Virus record (IMG/VR): IMGVR_UViG_3300045450_000131
Span: 33,228-97,227 of that record
DNA: 64,000 nt
Source: a virus
Lineage: Duplodnaviria; Heunggongvirae; Uroviricota; Caudoviricetes
Direction: 5' to 3' (one strand)
In this document: in pieces, positions 16,512 through 25,030 of the stretch
How positions within the stretch are numbered: the first letter of the stretch is position 1
Layout of the letters: each line of letters opens with the position of its first letter
Program-made: the position numbers and the translations under genes
Notes under the pieces: model-generated
Told to the model about the DNA's origin: nothing
Database searches by the model: none
What the model saw: the letters and a program-made list of their open reading frames with translations, nothing else

Positions 16512-16541
16512 TAACACGCTTTTTAAGCTACGTGTTAACTT
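16512..16541 (-). promoter_or_regulatory. second copy of hairpin + TATAAT element
   Basis: attataacacgctttttaagctacgtgtt, paralogous to 4866-4896. Confidence 0.5.
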
Positions 16542-16543
16542 AT

Positions 16544-16870
16544 TTAGAGTAATTCTTCAGGCAACTCTGGAGTTCTACGACCAGGATTTGCCATGTGGTG
16601 TAAAATGCTCTTATCTACATCCGCCGGAGTTGGCTTAGAATTAAGAGGCAGGTCTTTTACATCTACGACTTTACCCGGTTCCCGGCCATTATAAAGCTCA
16701 TTATCTTCAACTGCAATAATTTGCACACCTTCAAGATCACTAACTAAGCTATCAGTATAATTCTTAAACTTTATGATGCTGCATGCGGTAAAAGCGCCAT
16801 TTTTCTGAGCATCGAGCTTATCAAGTAGAGTTTGAAGATTACGGCGGGAGAGGTAAAGTTTTGGGATCAT
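16544..16870 (-). CDS. hypothetical protein
   Basis: 108-aa ORF. Confidence 0.45.
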   Translation of the reverse strand: MIPKLYLSRRNLQTLLDKLDAQKNGAFTACSIIKFKNYTDSLVSDLEGVQIIAVEDNELYNGREPGKVVDVKDLPLNSKPTPADVDKSILHHMANPGRRTPELPEELL

Positions 16871-16878
16871 ATATTATT

Positions 16879-16954
16879 TGGTGCGAACGCCGTGACTCGA
16901 ACACGGAACCAACAAATTATGAGTTTGCTGCTCTAACCATTGAGCTACATTCGC
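16879..16954 (-). tRNA. tRNA-Met (CAT)
   Basis: acceptor GCGAATG/CGTTCGC, D arm GCTCAATGGTTAGAGC, anticodon loop CTCATAA, T-loop CCGTGTTCGAGTCACGG, CCA. Confidence 0.65.
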
Positions 16955-16959
16955 TTTAT

Positions 16960-17181
16960 TTATCGCTTTAAAAAGTAACCACCTTCATGACTGGCTTGAC
17001 ACGTAACGCACCGAATTGCAGATGGATATGCTTGGCGCCTCGCTTGAGGAATGTCCTCACCGCAATCATCGCATTCTTTCTGTCCATTACCATCCATATT
17101 ATATCTTGCTAGAGATAGGCGATCATTCAGAGTTTGTTGGATTTGTTCCTGGAAATCGTCTTGTGCTCCCCAACCCTTCAT
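16960..17181 (-). CDS. DksA/TraR-type C4 zinc-finger protein
   Basis: CDDCGEDIP...CVTCQ four-Cys motif at C-terminus of 73-aa protein. Confidence 0.5.
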   Translation of the reverse strand: MKGWGAQDDFQEQIQQTLNDRLSLARYNMDGNGQKECDDCGEDIPQARRQAYPSAIRCVTCQASHEGGYFLKR

Positions 17182-17243
17182 ATGAACTCCAGTATTTGCA
17201 ATAAAAGAATTATATTACAAATACTGGCGGATGTAAACTATAC

Positions 17244-17642
17244 TTAGTTGCCTTCTTTTCCCCTTACTGTTCCCATGTACTTATTGTTGGTCTTAACCAA
17301 ACCTTTTAGGTTTTTTACTTCGCTGTTTCTAAAAGTGCGAGCAAAAACATTAAGTGTAGCGGCGTTAACTGTCGCCTGGCGGTCAATATAGTCGTAGATG
17401 TTAAAAACTACGCCCCTAGTCAAAAGATCATTGATATTGCCACTCTTTGCCTGATCAGCTTGCGTACTAGAAACAAAAATCCCATAGTCCAATTTCCCAT
17501 TTAGAGTGAAATCGATTCTAATCTCATAAACGAGATATTCATCTTCACGCTGCCGAGTCTTCATGTGATGAACTGCACATGGAATTTCTCGGCCCCTAGC
17601 AGTCTTAATATGATGGGAATAATTGTAGTTTGGATTTTGCAT
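17244..17642 (-). CDS. hypothetical protein
   Basis: 132-aa ORF. Confidence 0.45.
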   Translation of the reverse strand: MQNPNYNYSHHIKTARGREIPCAVHHMKTRQREDEYLVYEIRIDFTLNGKLDYGIFVSSTQADQAKSGNINDLLTRGVVFNIYDYIDRQATVNAATLNVFARTFRNSEVKNLKGLVKTNNKYMGTVRGKEGN

Positions 17643-17657
17643 GGTTAGCTTCCTTTA

Positions 17658-18032
17658 TTAAACAATTTTCAAACTGCCAGCACCAAGATGCCGGAGAATT
17701 GCGCCTTTTAGCAAATTATCATTGATAAGACGAAGCGCATTGCCATATTTGGGGTCGTTAAAATCGCCTGCCATGACACTAGCCTCAAACTTCTCGTATT
17801 CCTTCTGCGCATACTTATTGAATGACAAGTCATATAGGGGCGTGCCATCACAGTCGCGGGAGTGATTTACTACAAACAAGACACAGCCATTATAGTAATC
17901 TTCGTCTTCGTATTCTGGATAGTCAGATACAATCTGTACTAGAGTGCCAAGTGGAATTTGGTGAGTTCGCTCCAGGTTATTTTGGCGAATAGTTTTACCG
18001 TTTTCTTCCACGATGTCAGAGACAAAGATCAT
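17658..18032 (-). CDS. hypothetical protein
   Basis: 124-aa ORF. Confidence 0.45.
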   Translation of the reverse strand: MIFVSDIVEENGKTIRQNNLERTHQIPLGTLVQIVSDYPEYEDEDYYNGCVLFVVNHSRDCDGTPLYDLSFNKYAQKEYEKFEASVMAGDFNDPKYGNALRLINDNLLKGAILRHLGAGSLKIV

Positions 18033-18186
18033 ATTATAACTTCCTAAGTATTATTGATATAAGTTTATTATACTAACTAAACTTAGGAATGTACATAGTT
18101 AAAATACAAGAAATGCAATAGCTATGATAAGAAGAATTAACGGCCCGCCAAGTGCTAATATTAGCTCAATTAGGAGATCATTCATG

Positions 18187-18849
18187 TTACCAATTCAAAT
18201 AGTCTATTGCATCTTGCAGCCCAAAACGCCACTCAACCTTTCCATTGACTGTTCTACGACCAAAGTGGTGCCCTGGGAAATATGCTCTAAGATCATTTAG
18301 CAGCTTAAACTGTTCACCGGCTCGATCATCAACGTTTAAAAATTTATCTTTGTAAAGTTCAACTAGCTCACGTAACTTGTAGTCTTGCAGAGAATGTTCA
18401 ATTGGTAACACATGAATTATAAAAAGTGCAAATGTAGAAAGAATTCGAGTGTGCAGACATTGATAAGAGGCAATACTTTTGTCGATCTTGTTGTAAATGT
18501 TTGCGTAAGTTTCAAGAGGCCAGTCATTCTGGTCAAAATGATAATCGTGATCTTGCTCCGCAAATAGCTGAATGGTTTGCAGCTCACCTTCAGTCAGATT
18601 AAATTTGCTTTCATCTTCAAAATATTGCCAGAGCCTGCTGAGATACCAAGCAACTAATTCATCATTATCCAAAATTAAAGCATCATGCTCGCCTGATCCA
18701 CCACCAACAACTAAATTGTATTGATTTAGAGGGTTATCGTCATTAGTGTCATTTACCATACCCTTAATCGACTCTTGCATTACCCAATAAACAGGGATGC
18801 CAAAATAGGACGCCACTGCGGCATGATCGATGCAATCGATAGCACTCAT
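18187..18849 (-). CDS. hypothetical protein (start at MSAIDC to clear the tRNA-Glu gene)
   Basis: ORF-track start at 18969 would run through tRNAs; internal ATG at 18849. Confidence 0.45.
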   Translation of the reverse strand: MSAIDCIDHAAVASYFGIPVYWVMQESIKGMVNDTNDDNPLNQYNLVVGGGSGEHDALILDNDELVAWYLSRLWQYFEDESKFNLTEGELQTIQLFAEQDHDYHFDQNDWPLETYANIYNKIDKSIASYQCLHTRILSTFALFIIHVLPIEHSLQDYKLRELVELYKDKFLNVDDRAGEQFKLLNDLRAYFPGHHFGRRTVNGKVEWRFGLQDAIDYLNW

Positions 18850-18865
18850 AATTTGCTTTCTTAGA

Positions 18866-18940
18866 TGGAGCCTCTGACAGGAATCGAACCCGTATTCACG
18901 CTTTAGAAGAGCGTTGTCTTCTCCATTAGACGACAGAGGC
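18866..18940 (-). tRNA. tRNA-Glu (TTC)
   Basis: acceptor GCCTCTG/CAGAGGC, anticodon stem ACGCT/AGCGT with loop CTTCTAA, T-loop ACGGGTTCGATTCCTGT, CCA. Confidence 0.65.
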
Positions 18941-18947
18941 AGATAGG

Positions 18948-19023
18948 TGGTGCGCCCGGAGGGATTCAAACCCCCGACAAACCGGGTAGAAGCCGGTGAC
19001 TCTATTCGCTGAGCTACGGACGC
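18948..19023 (-). tRNA. tRNA-Arg (TCT)
   Basis: acceptor GCGTCCG/CGGGCGC, D arm GCTCAGCGAATAGAGT, anticodon stem ACCGG/CCGGT with loop CTTCTAC, T-loop GGGGGTTTGAATCCCTC, CCA. Confidence 0.6.
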
Positions 19024-19043
19024 GTAAAACTATTTATATAACT

Positions 19044-19118
19044 TGGCGACTTCACCGGGGCTCGAACCCGGAACCTTAGGATTTAGAGTCCTCTGCTCTA
19101 CCATTGAGCTATAAAGTC
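19044..19118 (-). tRNA. putative amber-suppressor tRNA (anticodon CTA)
   Basis: acceptor GACTTTA/TGAAGTC, D arm GCTCAATGGTAGAGC, anticodon stem GAGGA/TCCTA with loop CTCTAAA (C32 U33 CUA A37), T-loop CCGGGTTCGAGCCCCGG, CCA. Confidence 0.5.
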
Positions 19119-19124
19119 TGAATT

Positions 19125-19198
19125 TGGTGGCCTATGCGAGAATCAAACTCGCTTCCTGAAATTTAGAGTTTCGTACTTTATCATTAAGCTAATAGGCC
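19125..19198 (-). tRNA. second putative suppressor tRNA (anticodon CTA), A19/U56 variant
   Basis: acceptor GGCCTAT/ATAGGCC, anticodon stem CGAAA/TTTCA with loop CTCTAAA, T arm GCGAGTTTGATTCTCGC, CCA. Confidence 0.4.
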
Positions 19199-19208
19199 GT
19201 TTTGTATT

Positions 19209-19712
19209 TTATACCATAAGAGAATTATAACACTCTTGATTGAGTTTGTGTTCATTAATTTTTTCTTTTACAATCTTTTTCCATTCTTCAACATTGACAA
19301 ATTCGGCTTCACCACTAGAAGGTTCAATATCTTTAACTTCATGGTCGCCATTTTTGGCATATAAAATTGCAATTAGAGCTTCTCTATCCATGTCATTCAG
19401 CGCATCAAACTTTTGCTCGGTATATACCATAGTAACACCGTTTGCATACATGCTCCTGCCGCTCACAACATCAGTGAATTCAAGGATAGGGCACAGTCCC
19501 TTGGTGACAAAGTGAACTTCATTGCCATAACCGACAATAATATTGTCATACTGGTTAGAAATGCTGATGATATACTTGCCAACATATTGTTGGCACTCGT
19601 ATATTTCAAACCCTTTACGCTGTTGCTCTCTATTCTCTTGTTCCTTTTGAATTCCAAAGTTAACGCCTTTATTAAATGCGTCATCTCGAACCTTCTTAGT
19701 ATTAAAGATCAT
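19209..19712 (-). CDS. hypothetical protein
   Basis: 167-aa ORF. Confidence 0.45.
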   Translation of the reverse strand: MIFNTKKVRDDAFNKGVNFGIQKEQENREQQRKGFEIYECQQYVGKYIISISNQYDNIIVGYGNEVHFVTKGLCPILEFTDVVSGRSMYANGVTMVYTEQKFDALNDMDREALIAILYAKNGDHEVKDIEPSSGEAEFVNVEEWKKIVKEKINEHKLNQECYNSLMV

Positions 19713-19749
19713 TTAGCACCTTAAGCATTTTTAATAGAGTAATTATAAC

Positions 19750-20175
19750 TTAAACCCACTTACTCATGTCTTTTTGTTTCGTATGTTTACAAGCTGCGGT
19801 GATAAAGCGTGAAACGACGCTCTTGTTTGACTTGTCATTAAGAATGACTGCGTTGGGCGTAGTTGCACTGATCGGTGTACCGGTTTTATCAAAAGTGTTG
19901 ACTGACTTGACGGTGAGGGTGTCGTTAGTGCAGTCGACAGTAACATTGTCAATATACATCGCAACCCCGAGTTGACGCCCATACACCGGCCTCTCTTCGA
20001 AAGGAATAATTTTCATGCGTGCGTTGACGTATGTGTCGTTGCCCCTTACATCCGCCTTGATCGAGTGCATGTCAACACTGACCCGGCCCAAATCCAAGTC
20101 TCCAATGTAGCGATAGTCAATCGCGAATGCGTTTGCACTCAAGGCCAGCAGAGCAACACCAAGAATCTTCTTCAT
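19750..20175 (-). CDS. secreted/periplasmic hypothetical protein
   Basis: signal peptide MKKILGVALLALSANAFA. Confidence 0.5.
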   Translation of the reverse strand: MKKILGVALLALSANAFAIDYRYIGDLDLGRVSVDMHSIKADVRGNDTYVNARMKIIPFEERPVYGRQLGVAMYIDNVTVDCTNDTLTVKSVNTFDKTGTPISATTPNAVILNDKSNKSVVSRFITAACKHTKQKDMSKWV

Positions 20176-20235
20176 AATGACCTCAAGTTAAAAGTAGTTT
20201 GTATAGGAGATTATACACTACTTTTAATAATAAGT

Positions 20236-20695
20236 AAACAGCTTTCTAAAGCAGCATTGGGTCCTAAAAGGACCCAATGCTGAATGATTAAACATCTAGA
20301 ATTTTCTTAACAAGGATCTTACTCCTTGGCTAGACCTTAGGCGGCCATTAGCATTTGTGAGTCATTTGCATTTCTCGTTTTTGCTATATTAACGTCATTC
20401 GCCTGACGAGCGCCTTACTAAGTTACTATTCTGTCGGTCGATAGCCAGATCACCCCCATCAAAAGAACTCTTAGGTTACGTAGTTCCGAGTTTTTCAGAT
20501 TAACTATCTGATACTCTGTCAAAGTCTACTGCAGCTTTTACAACTTAACTAGTTGGTGCTTACCTAAAACCATTTTACTTGCTTGAATGTGCCGCGAATA
20601 ATTCAAACTTTCAAATACAGAATTCTTTTGGTGGAGGTGGCGGGAGTTGAACCCGCGTGTCGCCAGTATTTCTCAAAGAAGGTTTACGCTGTTTT
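20236..20695 (-). ncRNA. ssrA: circularly permuted (two-piece) tmRNA, ssrA-like
   Basis: order on minus strand: TATAAT promoter (20701-20712); acceptor piece ending GACACGCGGGTTCAACTCCCGCCACCTCCACCA (3' end 20629), near-identical to the E. coli tmRNA 3' end; ~170-nt spacer; coding piece starting GGGGGTGATCTGGCTATCGACC at 20457, whose first 7 nt pair with CACCTCC including G3:U70; tag frame GCA AAT GAC TCA CAA ATG CTA ATG GCC GCC TAA = ANDSQMLMAA (compare E. coli ANDENYALAA); terminal hairpin GCATTGGGTCC-TTTTA-GGACCCAATGC at 20254-20280. Confidence 0.6.
20337..20369 (-). other. tmRNA tag reading frame (ANDSQMLMAA-stop)
   Basis: resume codon GCA at 20369-20367, stop TAA at 20339-20337; an upstream in-frame GCA at 20384 would give a longer tag. 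Confidence 0.5.
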
Positions 20696-20700
20696 TAATT

Positions 20701-20715
20701 TATATGGTAATTATA
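20701..20715 (-). promoter_or_regulatory. -10 element (GTTATAATT) upstream of tmRNA acceptor piece
   Basis: same aattataacatcatttt motif as at 2946. Confidence 0.45.
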
Positions 20716-20718
20716 ACA

Positions 20719-21546
20719 TCATTTTGGGCTGTGGCCCCAAATTTTTAAACTTAAAAGCTTACGGGTTGGATTGCCATCTTTGTCCTTCATCGGGCCAGCA
20801 GCACCCAACATTCGAGAGACGAAGCTGACTTGTTTCCCGGCCCACTTCCACATTTGCGGTGTCCAGTCTTCAACTTTAGTCTTCTTCATCTTAATAATCC
20901 AGTTTGCACTTTCTACACCAGACGAGATGCCCAATTTTGCTGCTTCTTTTCGTTGCAACCCGGGGTGATCCTTCGGGTCTTTTTTGCCCTTGGCAGTTTG
21001 CTCCTCTTTGAACTTCTCAAGTGAGTCAGCACTCATATTAATTAGCTCTTTCCACCTCTTATATAATTCCTTCTGCTTTTCATCTAGAGTTTCTTTGGCT
21101 TCTAGAATTACTTCTAGTTCTTCATCAATCTTACCCTTAATAAATGCATTGACTCTACCCATTGCCCACGCACTTGAATTGGTGCCAGGAGGGTGGCTCT
21201 TTCTCCATGCCGCCAATCCCTTGTTATACACCTGCTTTAACTTAGATAATGACTTACCACTCTCTTCTGCTTTCTTCTTAAGAGTGTCATCAAGCTTCTT
21301 ATCTTCGGTTAGCTCTTCAGTTTCTAATTCTACTTCACCTAAGTTAGAGATGAAGTCCTTAAATGAAAGGTTCTCAGCTAAGCCGGCTCTACGTTTAACG
21401 ATGCCATTAACATAAGCCCAGAAACGCGGGCTCTTTTTCTTGAACTTTTTCTTAGCTTCATCCTCTGCTTCAGCCCACCATTTTTCAACGTGGTCGACGG
21501 ATTTGCCGGTTTTTTCGGCGTAGGACTTTACAACATTATTAGGCAT
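20719..21546 (-). CDS. hypothetical Lys/Glu-rich protein (start MPNNVV with GGAG RBS)
   Basis: 275 aa, coiled-coil-like charged repeats. Confidence 0.45.
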   Translation of the reverse strand: MPNNVVKSYAEKTGKSVDHVEKWWAEAEDEAKKKFKKKSPRFWAYVNGIVKRRAGLAENLSFKDFISNLGEVELETEELTEDKKLDDTLKKKAEESGKSLSKLKQVYNKGLAAWRKSHPPGTNSSAWAMGRVNAFIKGKIDEELEVILEAKETLDEKQKELYKRWKELINMSADSLEKFKEEQTAKGKKDPKDHPGLQRKEAAKLGISSGVESANWIIKMKKTKVEDWTPQMWKWAGKQVSFVSRMLGAAGPMKDKDGNPTRKLLSLKIWGHSPK

Positions 21547-21547
21547 C

Positions 21548-21730
21548 TTAACTCCGGTCAGCTTTCTTATTATCCAGTTGCTTACGGATGCTATCAAATA
21601 CTTGGGCAATATGGTCTTGTTCCTCTTTAGTTAGAGGTGACTGGGATAATTCTGGTGAATCCTGCTTTTTAGCAGTTTTACGCTGAATTTCTACATTGCC
21701 ACGATTGGATGTTATCTTCATAAACGACAA
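21548..21730 (-). CDS. hypothetical small protein
   Basis: 60-aa ORF directly upstream. Confidence 0.3.
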   Translation of the reverse strand: MSFMKITSNRGNVEIQRKTAKKQDSPELSQSPLTKEEQDHIAQVFDSIRKQLDNKKADRS

Positions 21731-21811
21731 ATGGGTTGAATTATATTGACACTTATTTATGCCAATAAATTCAACCCACTGAAGTTTTACGGGAGATTAA
21801 TCTCCCGTTAA

Positions 21812-23317
21812 TTAACTAATATAGGCAGCCCGTTCACGGACTTCAGCGAGAGTAGTCCGATTGTAGAACTTGCCGTGATCATAAATGTCAACCATGAAAT
21901 CAACATACTTAGGGTCAACTTCTTTATCAACTCGAATAGTTTCAAAATGGCCATTTTCAGTATTAATTGCAAGAGTAAGAACACCTTCCTTAGACTTCTT
22001 GCCTTGGTCAGTCACTGGGTTCTTAGCGATGCCGTCCCAGAAGAAGGTATTATCGTCGCGTCGGCGCAGAACTGCAGATGCCTTTTGAGCGAACTTGTAA
22101 GTATCGCGGTTGCGCTTCTGAAGTAGAGCTCCGCCAGAACCAAAGATAACATTGTCTGCCGCAAACCCACGAGTCATGATGTGGCCAAGCACGGTACGAA
22201 TCGCGAGGTGATCAACACCGTCACCTTGAATGATACCGACATTATTGATCTTCTTGAAGCCCTTTGCATTGAGAGTAAAGCCGAAGGTCTTAGCTTGCAC
22301 ATCTAGAATGTAGCTGATGATTTCAACCATGTCACCGCTGTCTGGCCGGAAGACGACCTTGGTCTTCGACTCAATAATAACGTCCTTCAGTTCAACACAT
22401 AGAAGTCTAGTTGCGCGATAGACGTCATACCCATCAATGACGATAGACACAATACCTCCGGGCTTGCCAAGGTTTTGGATAACATGCTTGAGGTATGCAA
22501 GTTCGCTGGCTTCATCACCCTTGCCGAAGGAGCATTGCACGCTGTGTTCGGTGGCGGGAACGGAGAATGCAGCCATATTACAATCATAGAAGTGATTTGC
22601 ATACTGCACACCTTCGATGGTATCAGAGCCCATGAATGAAACCAAGTGAGCTGCACCACCAATTTCGGCTTGTTCATGGCAGGTAACACCACGTGCGCCA
22701 AAGTCGTGCAGAGCAAAGGGGATCAGACTCTTGTCGGCGCCGGTGCGTTCATAGAAGTTAGTAATAACTTGCTTGATTTGATAGTCATCAGTTGCGATGG
22801 TAGTCGGATACCATTCACCACGGAGCAGGAGAGTTTCAAAGTAGGAGCACAGCCAGAAGATGTTTTCAGCGACAAAGGTGTCGACGCACATGATGGTGGT
22901 AATTGCATTACCAGACTTGACAGGAGTACCTTCAGGCACACCACGGATAATGAGAGGCATGAAGCCATCATACTTTTTCAAAATATGCTCCCACACATCT
23001 CGTGCGAAGGGTTCACCGTGCGCTTGCGCAAATTGTGCAGCTTCCTCGATGTCTTCACGATTAATAGGTTGAGAGAGGTACTTCTGCAAGACGGCTTGAC
23101 GGCCAAACGGGATCATGATGTCTTGACCGTTGGTGCGGGCTTCAATGTAGGAAGCCATGCCACAGACGTCCTTTGGATACGCAAAGGCGTGGGAAAGCTT
23201 GTAGGAATCCACCGCTAGGATTAGATTAAAGCGCTTTGGCTTTTGTGCAATATATTCAACGCGGGTGTTTGCAGAATGTTGCAGGAAGGGGAGCGCCGGA
23301 ACATTTACTTGGGTCAT
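21812..23317 (-). CDS. nadV: nicotinamide phosphoribosyltransferase (NAMPT/NadV-like)
   Basis: ~500 aa; overall resembles NAMPT/NadV as I recall the family (blocks GFAADNVIFGSGGALLQK and DSGD); start set at MTQVNV with AAGGAG RBS. Confidence 0.65.
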   Translation of the reverse strand: MTQVNVPALPFLQHSANTRVEYIAQKPKRFNLILAVDSYKLSHAFAYPKDVCGMASYIEARTNGQDIMIPFGRQAVLQKYLSQPINREDIEEAAQFAQAHGEPFARDVWEHILKKYDGFMPLIIRGVPEGTPVKSGNAITTIMCVDTFVAENIFWLCSYFETLLLRGEWYPTTIATDDYQIKQVITNFYERTGADKSLIPFALHDFGARGVTCHEQAEIGGAAHLVSFMGSDTIEGVQYANHFYDCNMAAFSVPATEHSVQCSFGKGDEASELAYLKHVIQNLGKPGGIVSIVIDGYDVYRATRLLCVELKDVIIESKTKVVFRPDSGDMVEIISYILDVQAKTFGFTLNAKGFKKINNVGIIQGDGVDHLAIRTVLGHIMTRGFAADNVIFGSGGALLQKRNRDTYKFAQKASAVLRRRDDNTFFWDGIAKNPVTDQGKKSKEGVLTLAINTENGHFETIRVDKEVDPKYVDFMVDIYDHGKFYNRTTLAEVRERAAYIS

Positions 23318-23399
23318 GATAAACTCCTTATCATAGTTGATGAAAGCAAACATCTATTGTTTGCTATATTTTATTTAGGTAAATTATAACCTATTTTGC

Positions 23400-23636
23400 T
23401 TATTTTTGTACAACAATATTTTCTTGAGTGAGGTCCATGTTAAGGTCTTGCAGTTGACGAACAACATCCGCCCGCTCAGCAGCGCGTCGTTGTTCTGCAA
23501 TACATACTTCCCGCCAGCGCTTTTCAAAGATGTCGCGCTCCAAGCGCATGTTTGCCAACCATCGATGAAGCTCAAGATTTTCAGCCTTTACCTTTATAAG
23601 TTGGATTCCAACATCTTCAACTTCACGTTTACTCAT
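23400..23636 (-). CDS. hypothetical coiled-coil protein
   Basis: 78-aa ORF. Confidence 0.35.
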   Translation of the reverse strand: MSKREVEDVGIQLIKVKAENLELHRWLANMRLERDIFEKRWREVCIAEQRRAAERADVVRQLQDLNMDLTQENIVVQK

Positions 23637-23762
23637 TTTAACCTCCGTTTATCTTTAACCATATTTCGTATAGTGCAATTATACTCCAAGTAAAGTACGT
23701 TGGGATGAACATATACAAGAAGTTACGCTCGACCCAACGCTTTGCTTTTCTGATTAAACGTC

Positions 23763-25025
23763 TCATTCCTCGATTTTTCGAGGTGCAAATTGCTTTACAT
23801 CCTTGTGCGTTTTGCCATACGACGCGGCAATGACATTAATGTCAAGCTCATCCTGCAGCAATCCAAGAAGATGCTTCGTATCAAAGAGTTGTTGCCCTCC
23901 AGAATACATAGTATTAACTGAAACTTTAGTACCAAGCTGATCCATGCAAGTCACAAACAGGTTTGCACCTGTAACTTTGACATTAAGTAATTCAGACAAA
24001 ATACCGCTAGAACGGGAAATATCAGACTTCAGGTATGCATCCAACACGTGCAAATTCAGCGGCGCATATCTAATATTGCCTTGCCACGCATTTTCAACAT
24101 TGGTGTGATCATACAGTTCCTTGTCTGTAATCCACTCACCTTCATTTTCAAGGTGACCGGCACCATGTCGAGTGACATATGAGCGCGTCATATAGATTGC
24201 TTCAAGCTCCTTAATATTAAGCTCGTGAGCAGCTAGCATTGCTGATGGCAAGCCAGTGATTGAATGAGTAACATGAGGAAAATGCCCCAGTTCCATGTCT
24301 AATCCTAATCCTTGTGCGCCTTCAAAGATAACACCATTCTCTACATGTGGCGGGATAAGCGTGAAGTTATTCACTGCAAGAACCATCATCTTGTGATAGA
24401 TACTTTCCGCATCTAAGCCTAGCAAAAAGTTAAATCGCTCAGTCCATGGGTCAATTTCTTCAAGCAAGTTTAAACCTTCTGCTTCGAGGTAATGATTAAC
24501 GCGAGCAGGAAGCCATTTTTCCTGAATTTCTCTAATCATATTAATGACGTGGCGCTTAGAGAAGATTGTCCCACTAAACAAATCAGAAATAAAGATTGGA
24601 TATTGCTCACTGCGCGCGATTGTTTCATTAATTCCAAGACCGCACGAACCATGCTGGCTTCCATTTCGATGCCTACGGCTCTCAACAATCATGTTCATTG
24701 CAACATCAAAGATCGTACTTACGCGACATTGTGCGTGGACGTGTATTTTAGTAACATCCAGCAGCGCTTCGCGCTCCTTCTTCACCATGTCCAAATTGAT
24801 GATGAAGTTCTTAGATAGGTAAGTTTTGCAACCGTTGAGAGTACCCGCGCCAAACGTATTGAAAACGTGAGTCTCATTATTTCTACACACTGTATGACCA
24901 GCTTGTGCGCCACCGTTATGCCGAACTATGAGTGGCGTTCCTTCAAATTGATTAGAGAAATAGTCGACGGCAAGACCTTTCCCCTCGTCGCCATAATTAG
25001 CACCAATGATTGCAACGTTCTTCAT
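23763..25025 (-). CDS. adenylosuccinate synthetase-like protein (PurA family, divergent)
   Basis: N-terminal P-loop-like GANYGDEGKGL, NGGAQAGHT, FEGAQG, TRSYVTRHGAGH blocks that resemble E. coli PurA blocks as recalled from memory. Confidence 0.6.
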   Translation of the reverse strand: MKNVAIIGANYGDEGKGLAVDYFSNQFEGTPLIVRHNGGAQAGHTVCRNNETHVFNTFGAGTLNGCKTYLSKNFIINLDMVKKEREALLDVTKIHVHAQCRVSTIFDVAMNMIVESRRHRNGSQHGSCGLGINETIARSEQYPIFISDLFSGTIFSKRHVINMIREIQEKWLPARVNHYLEAEGLNLLEEIDPWTERFNFLLGLDAESIYHKMMVLAVNNFTLIPPHVENGVIFEGAQGLGLDMELGHFPHVTHSITGLPSAMLAAHELNIKELEAIYMTRSYVTRHGAGHLENEGEWITDKELYDHTNVENAWQGNIRYAPLNLHVLDAYLKSDISRSSGILSELLNVKVTGANLFVTCMDQLGTKVSVNTMYSGGQQLFDTKHLLGLLQDELDINVIAASYGKTHKDVKQFAPRKIEE

Positions 25026-25030
25026 ATATT

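Noticed and set aside
20600-20720. ssrA 3' end as a phage attP site for integration into host tmRNA
   Set aside because: No integrase or excisionase is present. The 5' coding piece with a tag ORF is present downstream, and the neighbouring genes are typical of a virulent T4-like phage.
23763-25025. Z-genome (2-aminoadenine) biosynthesis cluster PurZ/DatZ/MazZ
   Set aside because: The PurA-like protein keeps the PurA-type GDEGKG motif, and no MazG-like or DpoZ gene lies nearby. The HD hydrolase is 10 kb away. Kept only as a low-probability note.
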